A stretch of 64,000 nt of DNA, from assembly GCA_001724265.1 (NCBI GenBank), contig MEDY01000171.1, forward strand, positions 1-64,000, given 5' to 3'. Positions 46,898 through 58,841 of the stretch are shown piece by piece. Every line of letters starts with the position of its first letter. Position 1 is the stretch's first letter. A model generated the notes under the pieces. That model was not told the origin of the DNA and did not search any database. It saw only the letters and a program-made list of their open reading frames with translations. This DNA comes from Rhizaria sp. SCN 62-66. Lineage: Eukaryota. A program made the position numbers and the translations under genes.

Positions 46898-49800
46898 ACA
46901 GTCGAAGTCGCTCGCAAACTCGCCGTCACGCTCGCCGTCGCCGTCGCCGTTCCAGGCGCCGTCGCCTCTCGTGTCAATGGTGTCGATGCCGTCGCCCGCG
47001 TTTGCACCGCTGTCGCCCCCGGCCTCGCGCCCCGTCTCTCGCCTCATTGCGCGCTCGACGTCGCGCCCCGTGTCACGGTCTGTGTCGCGGCCGGCGTCGC
47101 GCCCGCGCTCGCAGACGCGCGAACACCCGCCCCACGCGTTCGCGCACCTGCAGCTGCACGTGTCGGGCTTCGCGCCGCCCGCGTCACAGTCCGAGCCCAG
47201 CGGCGCCGATGCGCCAATTGCAGGCGCGCGCTCCACGGCCTGGCCCGCAGACGCCGTCGCCGCCGCGCGCGCCGCGGCCGCTGCAGCGGGCTTGCCGGGG
47301 ACTCCCCCGCGCGACTCCGCCTCTGACCACGCGTCCGCTGAAGAAGACCCTGGACAGAAGATGCGCCAGCGCAGTACAGAGAGGAAGAGTGACGCGCGCA
47401 GCGGCGCCAACGCCGAGGAAGAGCTTCTGCGTCTGGCGGCCGCGTTTGACCCCGTGCGCATCCTCGCGTCGCTCGCGGCGCAACGCTCACCTCAACAGCA
47501 GAAACAGCAACCGACGCGCACACAGAAGCAGCACAGTGTCGCGCAGCCGCGCGCGCCTGCAGGTGTGCTTGCGCGTCTTGCCAGCGCATCTGCGGCGCCG
47601 GGCGCGGCCACTGCCACTGCTATCACTGCGACTGCGAACGAGGCAGGCGCTGAGCCCACGCCGCGCGCGCCACCGGTGCCGCAGTCCGTGCCGCGGTCGC
47701 TCAGCCGGCCCGCCTTCAGCTACGCGCGCGCGGACGGCGCTGGCCGCGTGCCCGTGGCCTTCGCGGCCGCGGCCTCGCTTGCGTCGCAATCCCTGCTGCC
47801 CATGCAGAGGCTTACGCCGACGACGACGCCGTCGCACTCCGCGTCAGCGACGCCCGCGCCGACGCGCACGCGCGCACGTCCAGTGTCTGCGTCAGCGCAT
47901 GGCTCGCTGGCGGGCCTGAGGTCGCGCCCGGTCCAGACCGTGGATAATGTGCACACGTTGCCTGTGGACAAACACGGCAAATTCCGGCCTAGTCCAACGC
48001 GCAGCGCAGCACCCGTCCGGCTGGAGCCCAAAGCGGCGCCCAGCGGCTACGTGCAGCGCTACCAGATGGCCCGTTGCGCCACTGCCGCGAGCGCCGCGAC
48101 GGCGGCCGTCGCTGCAGCCGGCCCGATCCCGGCCGCAGCGCTCGCCGTGTCCGCCGCCAGCGCCCCGCTCACGCCCGGGCTCTCGCCTCCGTCCGCGCCC
48201 GTGCCCAGCTCTGGCAGGGCCGCCGGCGCGCCCTCGCGGCCGCCGGTGCGCAGCGTCGCCGACCGTGACGCTGCCCCGCGCGCGCTGTCGGTCGCCGAGT
48301 CCATTCGCGCTGCGGCGGCGCTGGCGACCAAAGACGCTTCCGACGCCGATGCCGCAGAGAAGGCCGCTGTCGAGGCCGCGGCCGTGCGCGCTGCCGCCGC
48401 CGCAGCGACTGCGACCCTGAGGGCGAAGCGCCAAGCGCGGGCCGCTGCGAAGGCCGACGTTGAAGCCAAGGCCGCGGCAGCCGAGACTGAGTTCTGGTCC
48501 GAAAGTGCCCGCAACGCCAGTCGCCTCGCGCTATCTTCGATGTCTGGCTCCGGGCGGATGCACGCTGGACAAGAATCCGGCAGCCCGCACCGGCGGAGGC
48601 ACGGAGAGGATATCATCAGTGACGTGCATCTGCCGCAGCCGTCTGTGGCGCTGGCACCGGCGCCGCGGCAGCTTGTGCCGATGCTGCCCCTTGTGGGCGT
48701 CGCCGGTCTGCGCGGCGCGCACGCCGCCGGCAGCGACGATGAGAGCGCTAGTCTGGGCGCGTCGCTCAGCCCCAGCCCCAGCCCCAGCCCCAGCCCCAGC
48801 CCCAGCCCCAGCCCCAGCCCCTGCGGGAGCGGCAGCGATCGCGAGGGCGGCGGCGGCGGTGGCGCGGGCGCCGATGGCGGCGAAGACGGCGTCAGCCAGG
48901 ACGACGCCAGCGCCGTCTTCGTTGCCGCGCACATGCGCCACGGGCCCTGGCGCGGCTTGGTTGTCGGTGACGCCGCGGCCGAGGGCCAGACCGTCGCCAA
49001 CTCTAACGCAGCCGCGGACCGCGACGGCGCGAGCACCGCCACAGCACCCCCTGTCGGCGAGAGCGTGGGCGCACAAAACGCGGGCGCGCGCAGCGGGCTA
49101 GGCTACCACACGTGGGTGCGTTTGCAGGACGCAGATCTGCAGTCGCGGCCACTCTCGCTACCGGTTTCAGCGCGCTCCTCCGCGTCGTCGTCCTCGTCAT
49201 CGTCGCAGCCGTCGCCACACGCGCTGACGTCGTCGCCACGGGAGCCCGTTTCGCCGGAGGTGTCGTCAGCGTCGTCGTCGGCGTCATCATCGGCGTCCGC
49301 GGCCTCGCTGCCGCACGCGCGCATTTACGCGTCGTCGCCCGCCGCCTCCACACAGGCGTCCGCAGGTGTGGCGCCGCAGCCGCAGCCGCAGTCGCTGTCG
49401 CTGGACGATGCGCAGGCGCTGGCGCTCGAATCGCTTCCGCACCACGGTCCCGACCAGTTTCCGCCTTCCGCGCCCGCCGCGCCCGCTGAGGCCGCACAGC
49501 CGTTGCGTGCGCAGCCCTTGCGTGGACACTTGGGCTTTGACGCACACCATGGCCCCACGGCTGGCCCTGAACACGCTCACGGCCACGGCCACGGCCACGG
49601 TCATGGTTACGGGCAGGGGCACGGACAGGGGCATGGACAGGGACTAGGGCCTGACATGTTTCAACCACCCCCGCAGCAGGGCGCGCAAGGCATGTTTGCG
49701 CACTCGATGCCTCCGCTTGACGCGGGGGCACCGCTGCACGGGTCCGCTTCGCACCTGTGGCCGTCGCAGTTCGCGCCGCAACAGTACCAGCAGCACCAGC

Positions 49801-50579
49801 ACCAGCACCAGAGTCAGCAGTGGCAGCGGCAGTCCAGCTCGTGGCAACAGTCGCCGTTTCATCAAGCGCCGGTACCGCAGCCACAGCTCCAGCACCAGCA
49901 GCAGCACTGGCCCCAGCAGCAACACTGGCAGCATCCGACTCAGCCTCAGCATCAACCTCAGCTTCAACAGCAGCACCAGCCGCAGTGGGGCCTCCCGCCT
50001 GCGTTGTTGCCCCCACAGCCCCAGCCGTCCAGCGCGCCTCACAGCGGCTGGCAGCCCGCGCCGCCGCAGGGCTCGCGCAGCGTCAGTCCATTCAGCGGCG
50101 AATTCACCCTCACGCCCACTCACTCGCACCACGCGCACTCGCACAACGCCAACGCCACCACAAACACTTCTGCTGTTCCCAATGCTCAGCCACAAACGTA
50201 TACGGTGTCGCCGGTGTCTGCCGACGGCTCGCACAGCCTCGAGGGTAGTCCCGGGCTGGCGCCGATTGTGTCCGCGGCGGGCGCGGGCGCGCTGCGCCGG
50301 CCGCCGCTGCCGCCCTCTGGCGTGCGCGCGCGTGGAGGTACGCGGTCGCCGCTGCGTCTGCCGCCGCGCCCGCTGCCGCCCCTCGAGGAGGTCGACGAGG
50401 GCGCGGGCGCGGGCGCGGTCAAGGCCGCGCTGTCGCCCGTACCGGAGCTCCCCGAGTCACCGGTAAACCGCGAACAGAGCGAGATCGAGACGCTGGAACG
50501 CGTGCTGATGGCGCTCAAAGGTGGTGACTCAGACGGCGACGACCTCGACAAGGCGCTTGCAGCCCTCGAGTTCTTATGA
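44574..50579 (+). CDS. Large low-complexity, probably disordered protein (~2000 aa); start uncertain (44574, or 44436 via a TAG)
   Basis: A 6 kb GC-rich ORF bounded by AT-rich flanks, with SP repeats, HG repeats and a Q/H/W-rich tract. Ends TGA-TAA. No domain recognised. Confidence 0.75.
48767..48820 (+). repeat. (CAGCCC)9 coding hexamer repeat encoding (SP)n
   Basis: Directly visible tandem units. Confidence 0.9.
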
Positions 50580-51025
50580 TAAGTTTGAATTAATGCGCTT
50601 TCTAAGCATATAACTAGCTTAATGTTATCAAGTTACAATTCTACAATAAATAGTGCCTTTTTTTTTACTCGCGACACCTCTGCATCAGTCTTGAATGACC
50701 GTTTGCACCGACACAGAAATGCGTTTGTGGTGGGTTTGGATTTTGGTGGTCTGGGATTGATGCTTAACTTTGAGGGCGCTCAATGAATTGGATTTTGCCT
50801 CGTTTGTCGTGCCTCTATTTGAACATACGTTGTGGTTGTCATTCTTCTATGTCATTCAATTTATTATCAATCCGAGCGCTCCTTTTTCCGATGCCGTCAC
50901 TTTCATACCTGATCTAACTGACAGTGAAGAACCGTCTGGTCGTTTTGAGCATATTCCTCCTGATCTCTCACTCTCATTCACTCTCCTGCCATATTCTTTG
51001 TTTCCCTATTAGAGTAAGAGACTCA

Positions 51026-52407
51026 ATGTCTTCTACCACTCTTGCGCCCCCGGCAGCGGACCCTGCTGTTGAAGAGGTTGACGAGAAGGTCGATGATTAC
51101 GACGAGGTCCGTTCTTTCTCCCTCCCTGCACAAATCGCTGCCGTTCCTGCCCGCTCTGTGTCGACCCACGCTGTGCTCCCCGACCCATGTACATCTACTT
51201 ACTGTATTTTCTTAATTTATTTTCCTCTTTCTGCATCTCCCCGCTTGCACAGACTATTCCCCAGGACCCGCAGCTGCGTCTGGCCGAGCTTCGCCACATC
51301 TGCTCGCTCTCTGCGCCGCTCGTGTCGGCCGACGAGTCCGCAGCCGCGCTCGCCGAGGCGCTTGCACTCGTCAAGGAGCACAACATGGTCGAGTACTACA
51401 AGCTGCTTGTGCCCGCCGCGCAGCGCGACGCGGCGCTGGTGGCCGACATGACCGCCAAGAACACCGCCGCACTCGCCGCGCTCGCCGCCAAGGAGGAGGA
51501 CGCTGTCGCCAACGCAGGCGACACCGAGGTGCTCGAGATCAAGCTCAAGCGCGCCGCGCTGCTCGCGCGCTCTGCGCCCAAGAAGGACGCGCTGGAGGCC
51601 TACGAGGTCTGCTTCGGCAAGGCTGTCGGCGGCGCCGCGCGTATCGACGTCGTTATGGCGATGCTGCGCGTTGCCGTCGCGCACGGCGACGACGTGCCGC
51701 AGTGCGCCGCGCTGCTCGCGCGCTGCGACGCGCTCGTTGAGAAGGAGGGTGACTGGGAGCGCCGCAACCGCCTGGGCGTGTACAAGGCCGTGGTGGGCAT
51801 CTGGGAGCGCGGTTTCGCGGCGGCGGCCAAGCGTCTCGTCGACGCCGTGCCGACTTTCACGTGCACCGAGCTCATCTCGTTCCAGACGCTTGTGCTGCTG
51901 ACCGTGGTGACAGGCGTAGCGCAGCTGGACCGCGTGACGCTCAAGGAGAAGGTAATCGATTCGCCCGACATCATCCAGACCATTGGCGAGATTCCTGGTC
52001 TGCGCAACGTGCTGCACGCGCTGTACGACTGCAAGTACGACGTCTTCTTCCGCGGACTGCTCGACCTTGCCGCGCTCTGCAAGCGCAACCGCTTTCTGGC
52101 GCCGCACGTCGAGTTCGTGTTGCGTGAGGCGCGTCTCGTGGCCTACGTCCAGTTCCTGCGTTCGTACCAGTCCGTGACGCTGCAGTCGATGGCGGCGCTG
52201 TTTGGCGTCTCCGCGGCCTTCATCGACGATGAGATCTCGCGCTTTGTCTCTGCGGGCCGCCTTGCGTGCAAGATCGACGCCGTCGATTCTGTCGTCGAGA
52301 TGCTCCATCTGGACAAGAAGACCGCCCAGTACCAGAGCATGATCAAGGAGGGCGACGCCGTCCTTAACCGCGTCCAGAAGCTCGCGCAGAAGCTCAAATC
52401 AACCTAA
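51026..52407 (+). CDS. PSMD6: 26S proteasome regulatory subunit RPN7, 2 exons: 51026-51106, 51253-52407 (411 aa)
   Basis: NAGDTEV, GDWERRNRLGVY, PTFTCTEL, YVQFLRSYQSVTL, GRLACKID, YQSMIKEGDAVLNRVQKL. Intron 51107-51252 (GTCCGT...CAG) is in frame. Ends in TAA. Confidence 0.96.
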
Positions 52408-52838
52408 GTTTTTCGTCCCACTTTATAATCTGTTTATATACATAATTTCTCTCTTGTAATATACCCAAATCTACCCCTACATCGCTCTTTACCTATCCAC
52501 CAGACGTGCTCCTGAATCCAAAGTTTTCGTTGCGCATACAGTCGTTTTTTTCTTCTGCTCGAGTTCCCGCAGTCGGTCTGCCATCAAAGCGATTGCGAAT
52601 TGTTTGGAAGTTGTGTTTAACTCCTGATAAATGAGTCAACATTTCGATTTGCGGATATAAATTTACCGTTATCACTGCCCCATTTTTTTCATCTGTTAAA
52701 TATGTTCTTATCATGCTATAACAGTGTTTATTGTTTGATGACCCGCCCCATCAACATCTGCATCAGACCTTCTTCACTTAATACCACCTTGTATTGTGTC
52801 TCTTTGATTTTTTTTTAACAGATCAGACCGCAACACAA

Positions 52839-55800
52839 ATGCCGGGTCCACCGTGCATCGAGTGTCAAAACAAACGCTTGAAATTTGCGAGTCCTGATTG
52901 CAATCAATGTGCTCTGCGAAATCCACCTCTAGTTCCTTTTGACGATGTTCTTGCTCCCCATCGCCTCAGTCCCGGGGTTCTTAAGAGGCTTATGCCGACT
53001 CCCGAGATTGCTCTCAATGAAGCCCGCTTTGAACTCTCCCTCACGGCGTTCTAGTCTTTTGCTCATGACGCTGAGAAGGTGCTATACTCCCTCCGCGAAT
53101 CCCCCGACGCAGCTGGCTTTATCAAGCTTGACCCAACATCTCCGGCGTGCTTTCTCACGTCCACAAACTCCTTTGGCGTCTACGCCTTTATGGCCCATAT
53201 TGGCTTTTTCTTCCACAAGCACTGCCTTGTGATTCCGAAGGCCCCCGACTACATGGTGATCTCCTCCTTGGTTACTTGCCTCCGCACGAAGCGCACCGCA
53301 AAACCTAAGGATATTCCCAAGGCCTCGCTCATCAAGGCCGCCTTCGAACGCGAGCGCCCCACGCTGCTCAAGCAGGTGCCTCCTATAACTAAACTTTCCG
53401 CGGCGGCCGCCAAGGCGCCCATTAAGACCAATTTAGTGCCTTCACAGGCACCTATGTGCACAATTTCTTCCACCAAGGCTACCATTGCTGGAAAGCAATG
53501 CGCTCACCTTAGCCACTGTTACGATTTTTTCTGTGTCGGCGCGCACCCTCCGTCGCGTCCGGCGCTCTGCTCAGCGAGCCTGGCGTCCCCTCCTGTGCCG
53601 TGCAAGACCGATGACTGCCCGAAACTGCATCGGCTGGGCATGGGGCCCAACCGCGGCGTGCTGGCGTCGTCCCCGCCCTGTGATTTCTTCGACACCTGCA
53701 CCTCCTTCTACTGCACCAAGTCCCACGGGCCCAGTCGCCGCCTTACTTGCTGGGACCCCGCCTGCGCGTCGGCCAAGTGCGGTCGCGCGCACGACCTCAG
53801 GAAGATGCACGCTAACCGCGACGTGTTGTTGCGCGGCGGGCCCGCCGCCGAGGCCGCCATCGCCGAAGCCAAGGCTCGCGTCCGTGCAGAGCAGGTGTTG
53901 TACTAGCAACAGCAGGAACAGATTGCCGCCATAAGGGCCGCCTCCGCCGCCGCTGTGGAGACCAAGCCCGCGGTGACCCGGGCCGTTTCCGCGGCCGACA
54001 GCGGGCCCGCAATGCCACTGGCCGAGGCCGAACACGCGTTCGAGCTCTTCTGCCAGGAGTACTACACGTTGAATTTGCGTAATCACGCGTCGCAGGCGGG
54101 GGTGTTGACCGCGGATCTGTCCGTAATTGCGCGCAGCGAGGCCAACAAGCTCGCCGCTATCCCCGTCACCGCCTACAAGAACGGCAAGAGGGCTGTCCAC
54201 TCGAACGCCAACGCTGACGCCGAGGGCGATGGCGAGGGCATGCGCAGCGGTGGCCACGACCTCGAGGGCGACGCCGCCGCCGAGGCCGGTGCGAACGGTT
54301 ACGTGCTCTTTTTCCTGCGCATCTCGCACTTGATGATGTGCTTCGTGCTTCCGGCAGCGACGTCACCAGCGCGCCTCGTGGAGATTCTCAAGAAGCTTGA
54401 CGTGTTGCCCGACCACTGCCTGCTCGAGAACACGCGCTTTGTCGTTCTGCCGCCCAACGCCACCGCGGCGGCCGCCGCCGCCGCGGCGCTTCCGACCGCG
54501 CCCGTGCTGCAGCCCTACACCACACTGGCTGCCGCGCGCGTGGCGTCCCGCTCCACGCTGGAGCTCTCGTTCACGGGCCAAATGGCGTCGATGATGAACA
54601 ACATCATCGCGAGCCGCTTCCCGCCGACCGCGAACGAAATCGCCGTCGTTGGCGCGGTCAGTGACCCCGCGGCGTCACGGCTCCGCGCGCGCACCCCCTT
54701 CGCGCATAGCAACACCGCCGCCGCGCGCGCGCTGGGCTTCATCGCCAAGCCCGATGTGGAGCCACAGCAGCAGCCGGATGACCTGCAGGGCGTGCTGCAA
54801 GCGGCCAAGAGTAAGGCAGCGGCGGCCGCGGCGGCGACGGTCAAGGCGGGCAAGACCGTGATCGCGACTATGGGCCCCGCGGCGAACCCGCGCAAGGCCG
54901 GATTCGTCTCGGCCGCGAACCTCAAGGGCGGCAAGGCGGGCAAGGCCGGCGCCGCTGGCAATGGCGCCGACGGCGATGACGACGACGAAGAGGAGCACGA
55001 GGGCGACGGCAACGACGGCGAAGGTGATGACGGCTGGGTGCGCGTGAGCAAGTCCGGCCGCGTTGCCGCGCGCAAGCGCTCGCCGTCGCCAGGCTACAAG
55101 CTGGGTTCCATCGACGCCGACGGCTTTGAGGTCGTCCCTCAGTCCGCGCTAGAGGCCGAGAACGCGCGCGTGGCCGCGCGCCGCGCCGCGGCCGAGGCTG
55201 AGGAGGCGCGCATGTTGCGCGAGGCCCTGGCGCGTTCGCGCTACGACGTGGGCGGGCGCGTGCGCGACGAGTTCGTGGTGACCGAGCTCGAGGACGAGTA
55301 CGACGATGAGACGCGCACCGAGCTCATGAGCATCGCCGCCATGGACTTCCTGTCGCCCGAGGAGAACAAGATGATGCGCGACGCCGCCATCGCTGCCTAC
55401 GCAGACCGCGTCCGCAAGCAGAAGGAGGAGCTTGCGCGCTTTAAGGCCAACGCCGCGCGCAACGCGCCCCCGCCGCGCGCGCCCACGTCTTCTTCCGCGG
55501 CCGCGCGCACGCCCGTCGCCAGCTCCACCGCGCGTGCAAATGGCAACGGCAGCGGCGGGTCCTCTGGCGGCGCGATGCCCGTGACCGACTACGCGTCGCT
55601 GTTCGAGAAGAAGCCGCTGGTGCACGATGACCTGCCCGCTGCCCCCGCAGCGCTTGCGGCCTCCGCCTCCGTCTTGGCTCGCGCACCGCCGCTGAGCTTC
55701 GGCACCGCCACCGCAACCCCGGCCGCAGAGCGTGCACCCGCGCTGTCGTTCGGCGCCGCCTCCCCCAGTGCGCTGGACAACGCCACCTCCGGCTCCGGTC

Positions 55801-57869
55801 TCGGCCTGGGCGGCCTGGGCGGCATGGGCCTTGGCGGCCTCGGGCTTGGCGGCCTCGGGCTTGGCGGCCTCGGCGGTGGCCTCGGTAGTGGCCTCGGCGA
55901 CCTCGGCGGCCTCGGCGGCCTCGGCGCCGCCAGCCCGTCCAGTGCGGCCGACGGCGCCGCCTCCAGCCTCGGCCGCGCGCCCGCGCTGTCCTTTGGCACC
56001 GGGACCGGCGCTGCCGCCGGGTCTGCGAGCGCGCTCGACGGCGCCGCTGCCGGCTCCGGGCTTGGCCTCGGCGGCCTTGGCATGGGCGGACTCGGCATGG
56101 GTGGCCTTGGCTCCAGCGGTCTGGGCTCCAGTGGCCTCGGCCGCGCGCCTGCGCTTCCCTTCGGCACCACCACAGCCAGCGCGTCGTCGCCCAGCGCGCT
56201 CGACGGCGCCGCTGCAGGCTTCGGCATGGGCGGCCTCAGCGGCCTCGGCATGTCCGGTGGTCTCGGGCTCGCCGCCGCTTCCAGCGCGACCGCTGCCGGC
56301 GCCGCCAGCCCGGCGGCCGCCGCTGCGGACAACAACGCCGCCGCTGTGCCCAGCGCTACTGCTGTGAGGGCCGCCACTGCTGAGTCTAGCGCTGCCACTG
56401 GCCGCGCCCCCCCGCTGTCGTTCGGCATGGGCGCCGGTCTGGGCATGGGTTCTGGCATGGGCTTGAGCTCCGGACTCGGCATGGTCTCCGGCCTTGGAAT
56501 GGGCATGGGCCTGGGCGTGGGCTCGACGACGCCCCCCAGCGACATCACGCCTGCCGCCGCGACTGCGCCGGCGGCCAGCGCAGTCTCTGCCACCGACTCC
56601 GACGCCGCTGCCCCAGTGGCCACCGCGGCCGCGACCGCAACCATGACTGCGACTGCAGACAGCGCTGCCGCCGTCACTGCGCGCGCACCCCCGCTCGGTT
56701 TCCCCGCCAAGGACGCCGCCGCGGCCGCCCCCGCACCGCTCTCTTTGGGCCCCGGTCTCGGCCTCGGCATAGGCATGGGCATGGGAATGGAAATGGGAAT
56801 GGGGATGGGGATGGGGATGGGCACGACTCTGGACATGGGAGGGCTGTCGCTGCAGACCCCTGCCGTGACCGCTGCGGCCGTCGCCGCTGAGCCCGCCTCT
56901 GCGCCTGCGTCTGCGCCCATGCCTTCCCAGGACGACAAGTCCGCTGCTGCCGCCTCTGCTGCGACCTCGTCCGCGTCTGCCCCGGCCTCGAGCTCTTCGC
57001 CCGACGCTGTTCCCGCTGCCGACGCCGCCGCGAAGGCGGAGCCCACGGCGGAGACCAAAACGGAAACTGCGGCAGCTGAGACGAAGCCTGCGCTGGCCGC
57101 GGTTGCCGCCGCGCCCGTCGCCGCCTCTGCGGGCAGCAGCTCCTCGTCGTCCACCTTCGAGGACCCGGCCGTGGAGGCGTACATCGCGATGATTGTGCAG
57201 AGCAACCCCGCGGTGGCGAGCATGACTACGGAGCAGAAGCAGCAGATGTACCAGCAGTACCTGATGATGCAGCAGCAACAGCAGCAGTACATGGCGATGA
57301 TGCAGCAGCAGCAGTACATGGCCATGATGCAGATGATGCACATGCAGCAGCAAATGCAGCAGCAAATGCAGCAGCAACAGCAGCAGAGCGGCGACGTCAT
57401 CGCTAACTCCAACTCCAACACCGCGTCCAGCAGCACCGACGCGAGCGCGGGCGCCGGCATGGGCATGGGCATGGGTAGCTACGGCATGTCCGGCATGGGC
57501 ATGGGCATGGGCATGGGCGGTTTACAACCTTACATGGGCATGGGCGGCTCGAGCCAGTACATGGGCATGGGCATGGGCATGGACAACAGCATGGGCATGG
57601 GCATGGGCATGAGCGCCGGTCTGGGCATGGGCGGCATGGGCATGGGCATGGGATCCACTGGCATGGGCATGGGCATGGGCATGGACATGGGAATGGGCGC
57701 CGGGTCTTCTGACACTGCGTCTTCTGCCGCCGCCGCTCCCCTCGGTCTTTCAGGACTTACGCTTCAACTCGGCGGCGGCGGCGGCGGCCTGGGTGGCTTT
57801 GGTGCCGCGAGCGCCCCCGCAGGCACCGACAACAGCGCGGCTGCGGCGACGCAGAAGTGGGGGATGTAA
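52839..57869 (+). CDS. Zinc-finger (CxxC and CCCH-like), UIM-like and Gly/Met/Gln-rich protein; 1676 aa if the TAGs at 53052-53054 and 53904-53906 are sense
   Basis: Three track ORFs (52794-53054, 53079-53906, 53955-57869) share one frame and are separated only by single TAGs (AF*SFAH; VLY*QQQEQI). Four C-C-C-H units at ~53499-53791 and UIM-like EEARMLREALARS. Ends in TAA. Confidence 0.75.
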
Positions 57870-57940
57870 GGAAGAACGTTTGTTTCCGTTTTAATTTGCA
57901 AACGTGCGCGTTTCACATTTAACATTCACACTCTTCATTG

Positions 57941-58085
<145 letters not shown>

Positions 58086-58841
58086 CATCAATAGTCACCT
58101 GTTCTAGGTGAACCAAAAGTAACAACCAATCACACAATACAGCAACAAGTCAAGCAACATTATATTCGTGTTTGTGCTTGGTCTCATTTGTATATGATCC
58201 TATATTTTTGCTGTTTATTTCAAATGCAAATTGTCTATCTCACTCAACTTAACAGGATGTGTGATTCTGACTCCGTCAAAAAATGACACGACATTAGCTA
58301 CACTTCGAGCGCTTCTGCGCACCTGCCCTTGTCACTAGCCCCGCTTTGTTTGCAGCCGCAGCCCGAGCCCTTGTAGCAGCACCGCCTACAGCCACTGATT
58401 TGACCCTGCTCTCGCTGACCGCTGCAGAGGCAGACACGGGCACGGCAGCGCGCAGAGGCTCGGTCGCGTCAACAGCGCCAGTGGTCATACTTGCGGCAGC
58501 AGGGGAAACACTGCACTTTACCGATGCCGCCGCCGATTACGTAACTGCGTGCAGAGTTGTTAGCGCGGTGGTGTTGCCTCCCGTCGCGGTCGCCACGGTG
58601 GCCTGCTCAGCAGCATCGCTACTCTCATTCTCCAACTGCATTGCATTTTTGTATGGCTTTATTCATGGTGTGTGGCAATCACATGGATCATACGGGTTTC
58701 GCATCTAAATTGTAATGTTGAATTCTGTGTATTTTCTAATGTATCTTTGTCTTCCTTCACCAAAGAAAGAAGGGAATAATGTCAAAAAATGCGCAACCAT
58801 TCTTTAAATTTTTTTTTAAAAAAATATCGCGAGCGTCTGCG

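Noticed and set aside
20825-53906. Tiny GT-AG introns removing the in-frame TAGs
   Set aside because: The nearest candidates are 7-25 nt, against 100-209 nt for the real introns. They lack the GTHCG donor and AT-rich body, and at 20825, 21368 and 53052 they would shift the frame.
20825-53906. Pyrrolysine or selenocysteine recoding
   Set aside because: Pyl is known only from archaea and bacteria, and Sec uses UGA. The TAGs are in non-catalytic, Gln-adjacent positions.
17372-57869. Pseudogenes or sequencing errors as the source of the internal stops
   Set aside because: All five lesions are TAG, with no TAA, TGA or indels, motifs are intact, and no gene ends in TAG. Random decay is unlikely, although reads are needed to exclude error formally.
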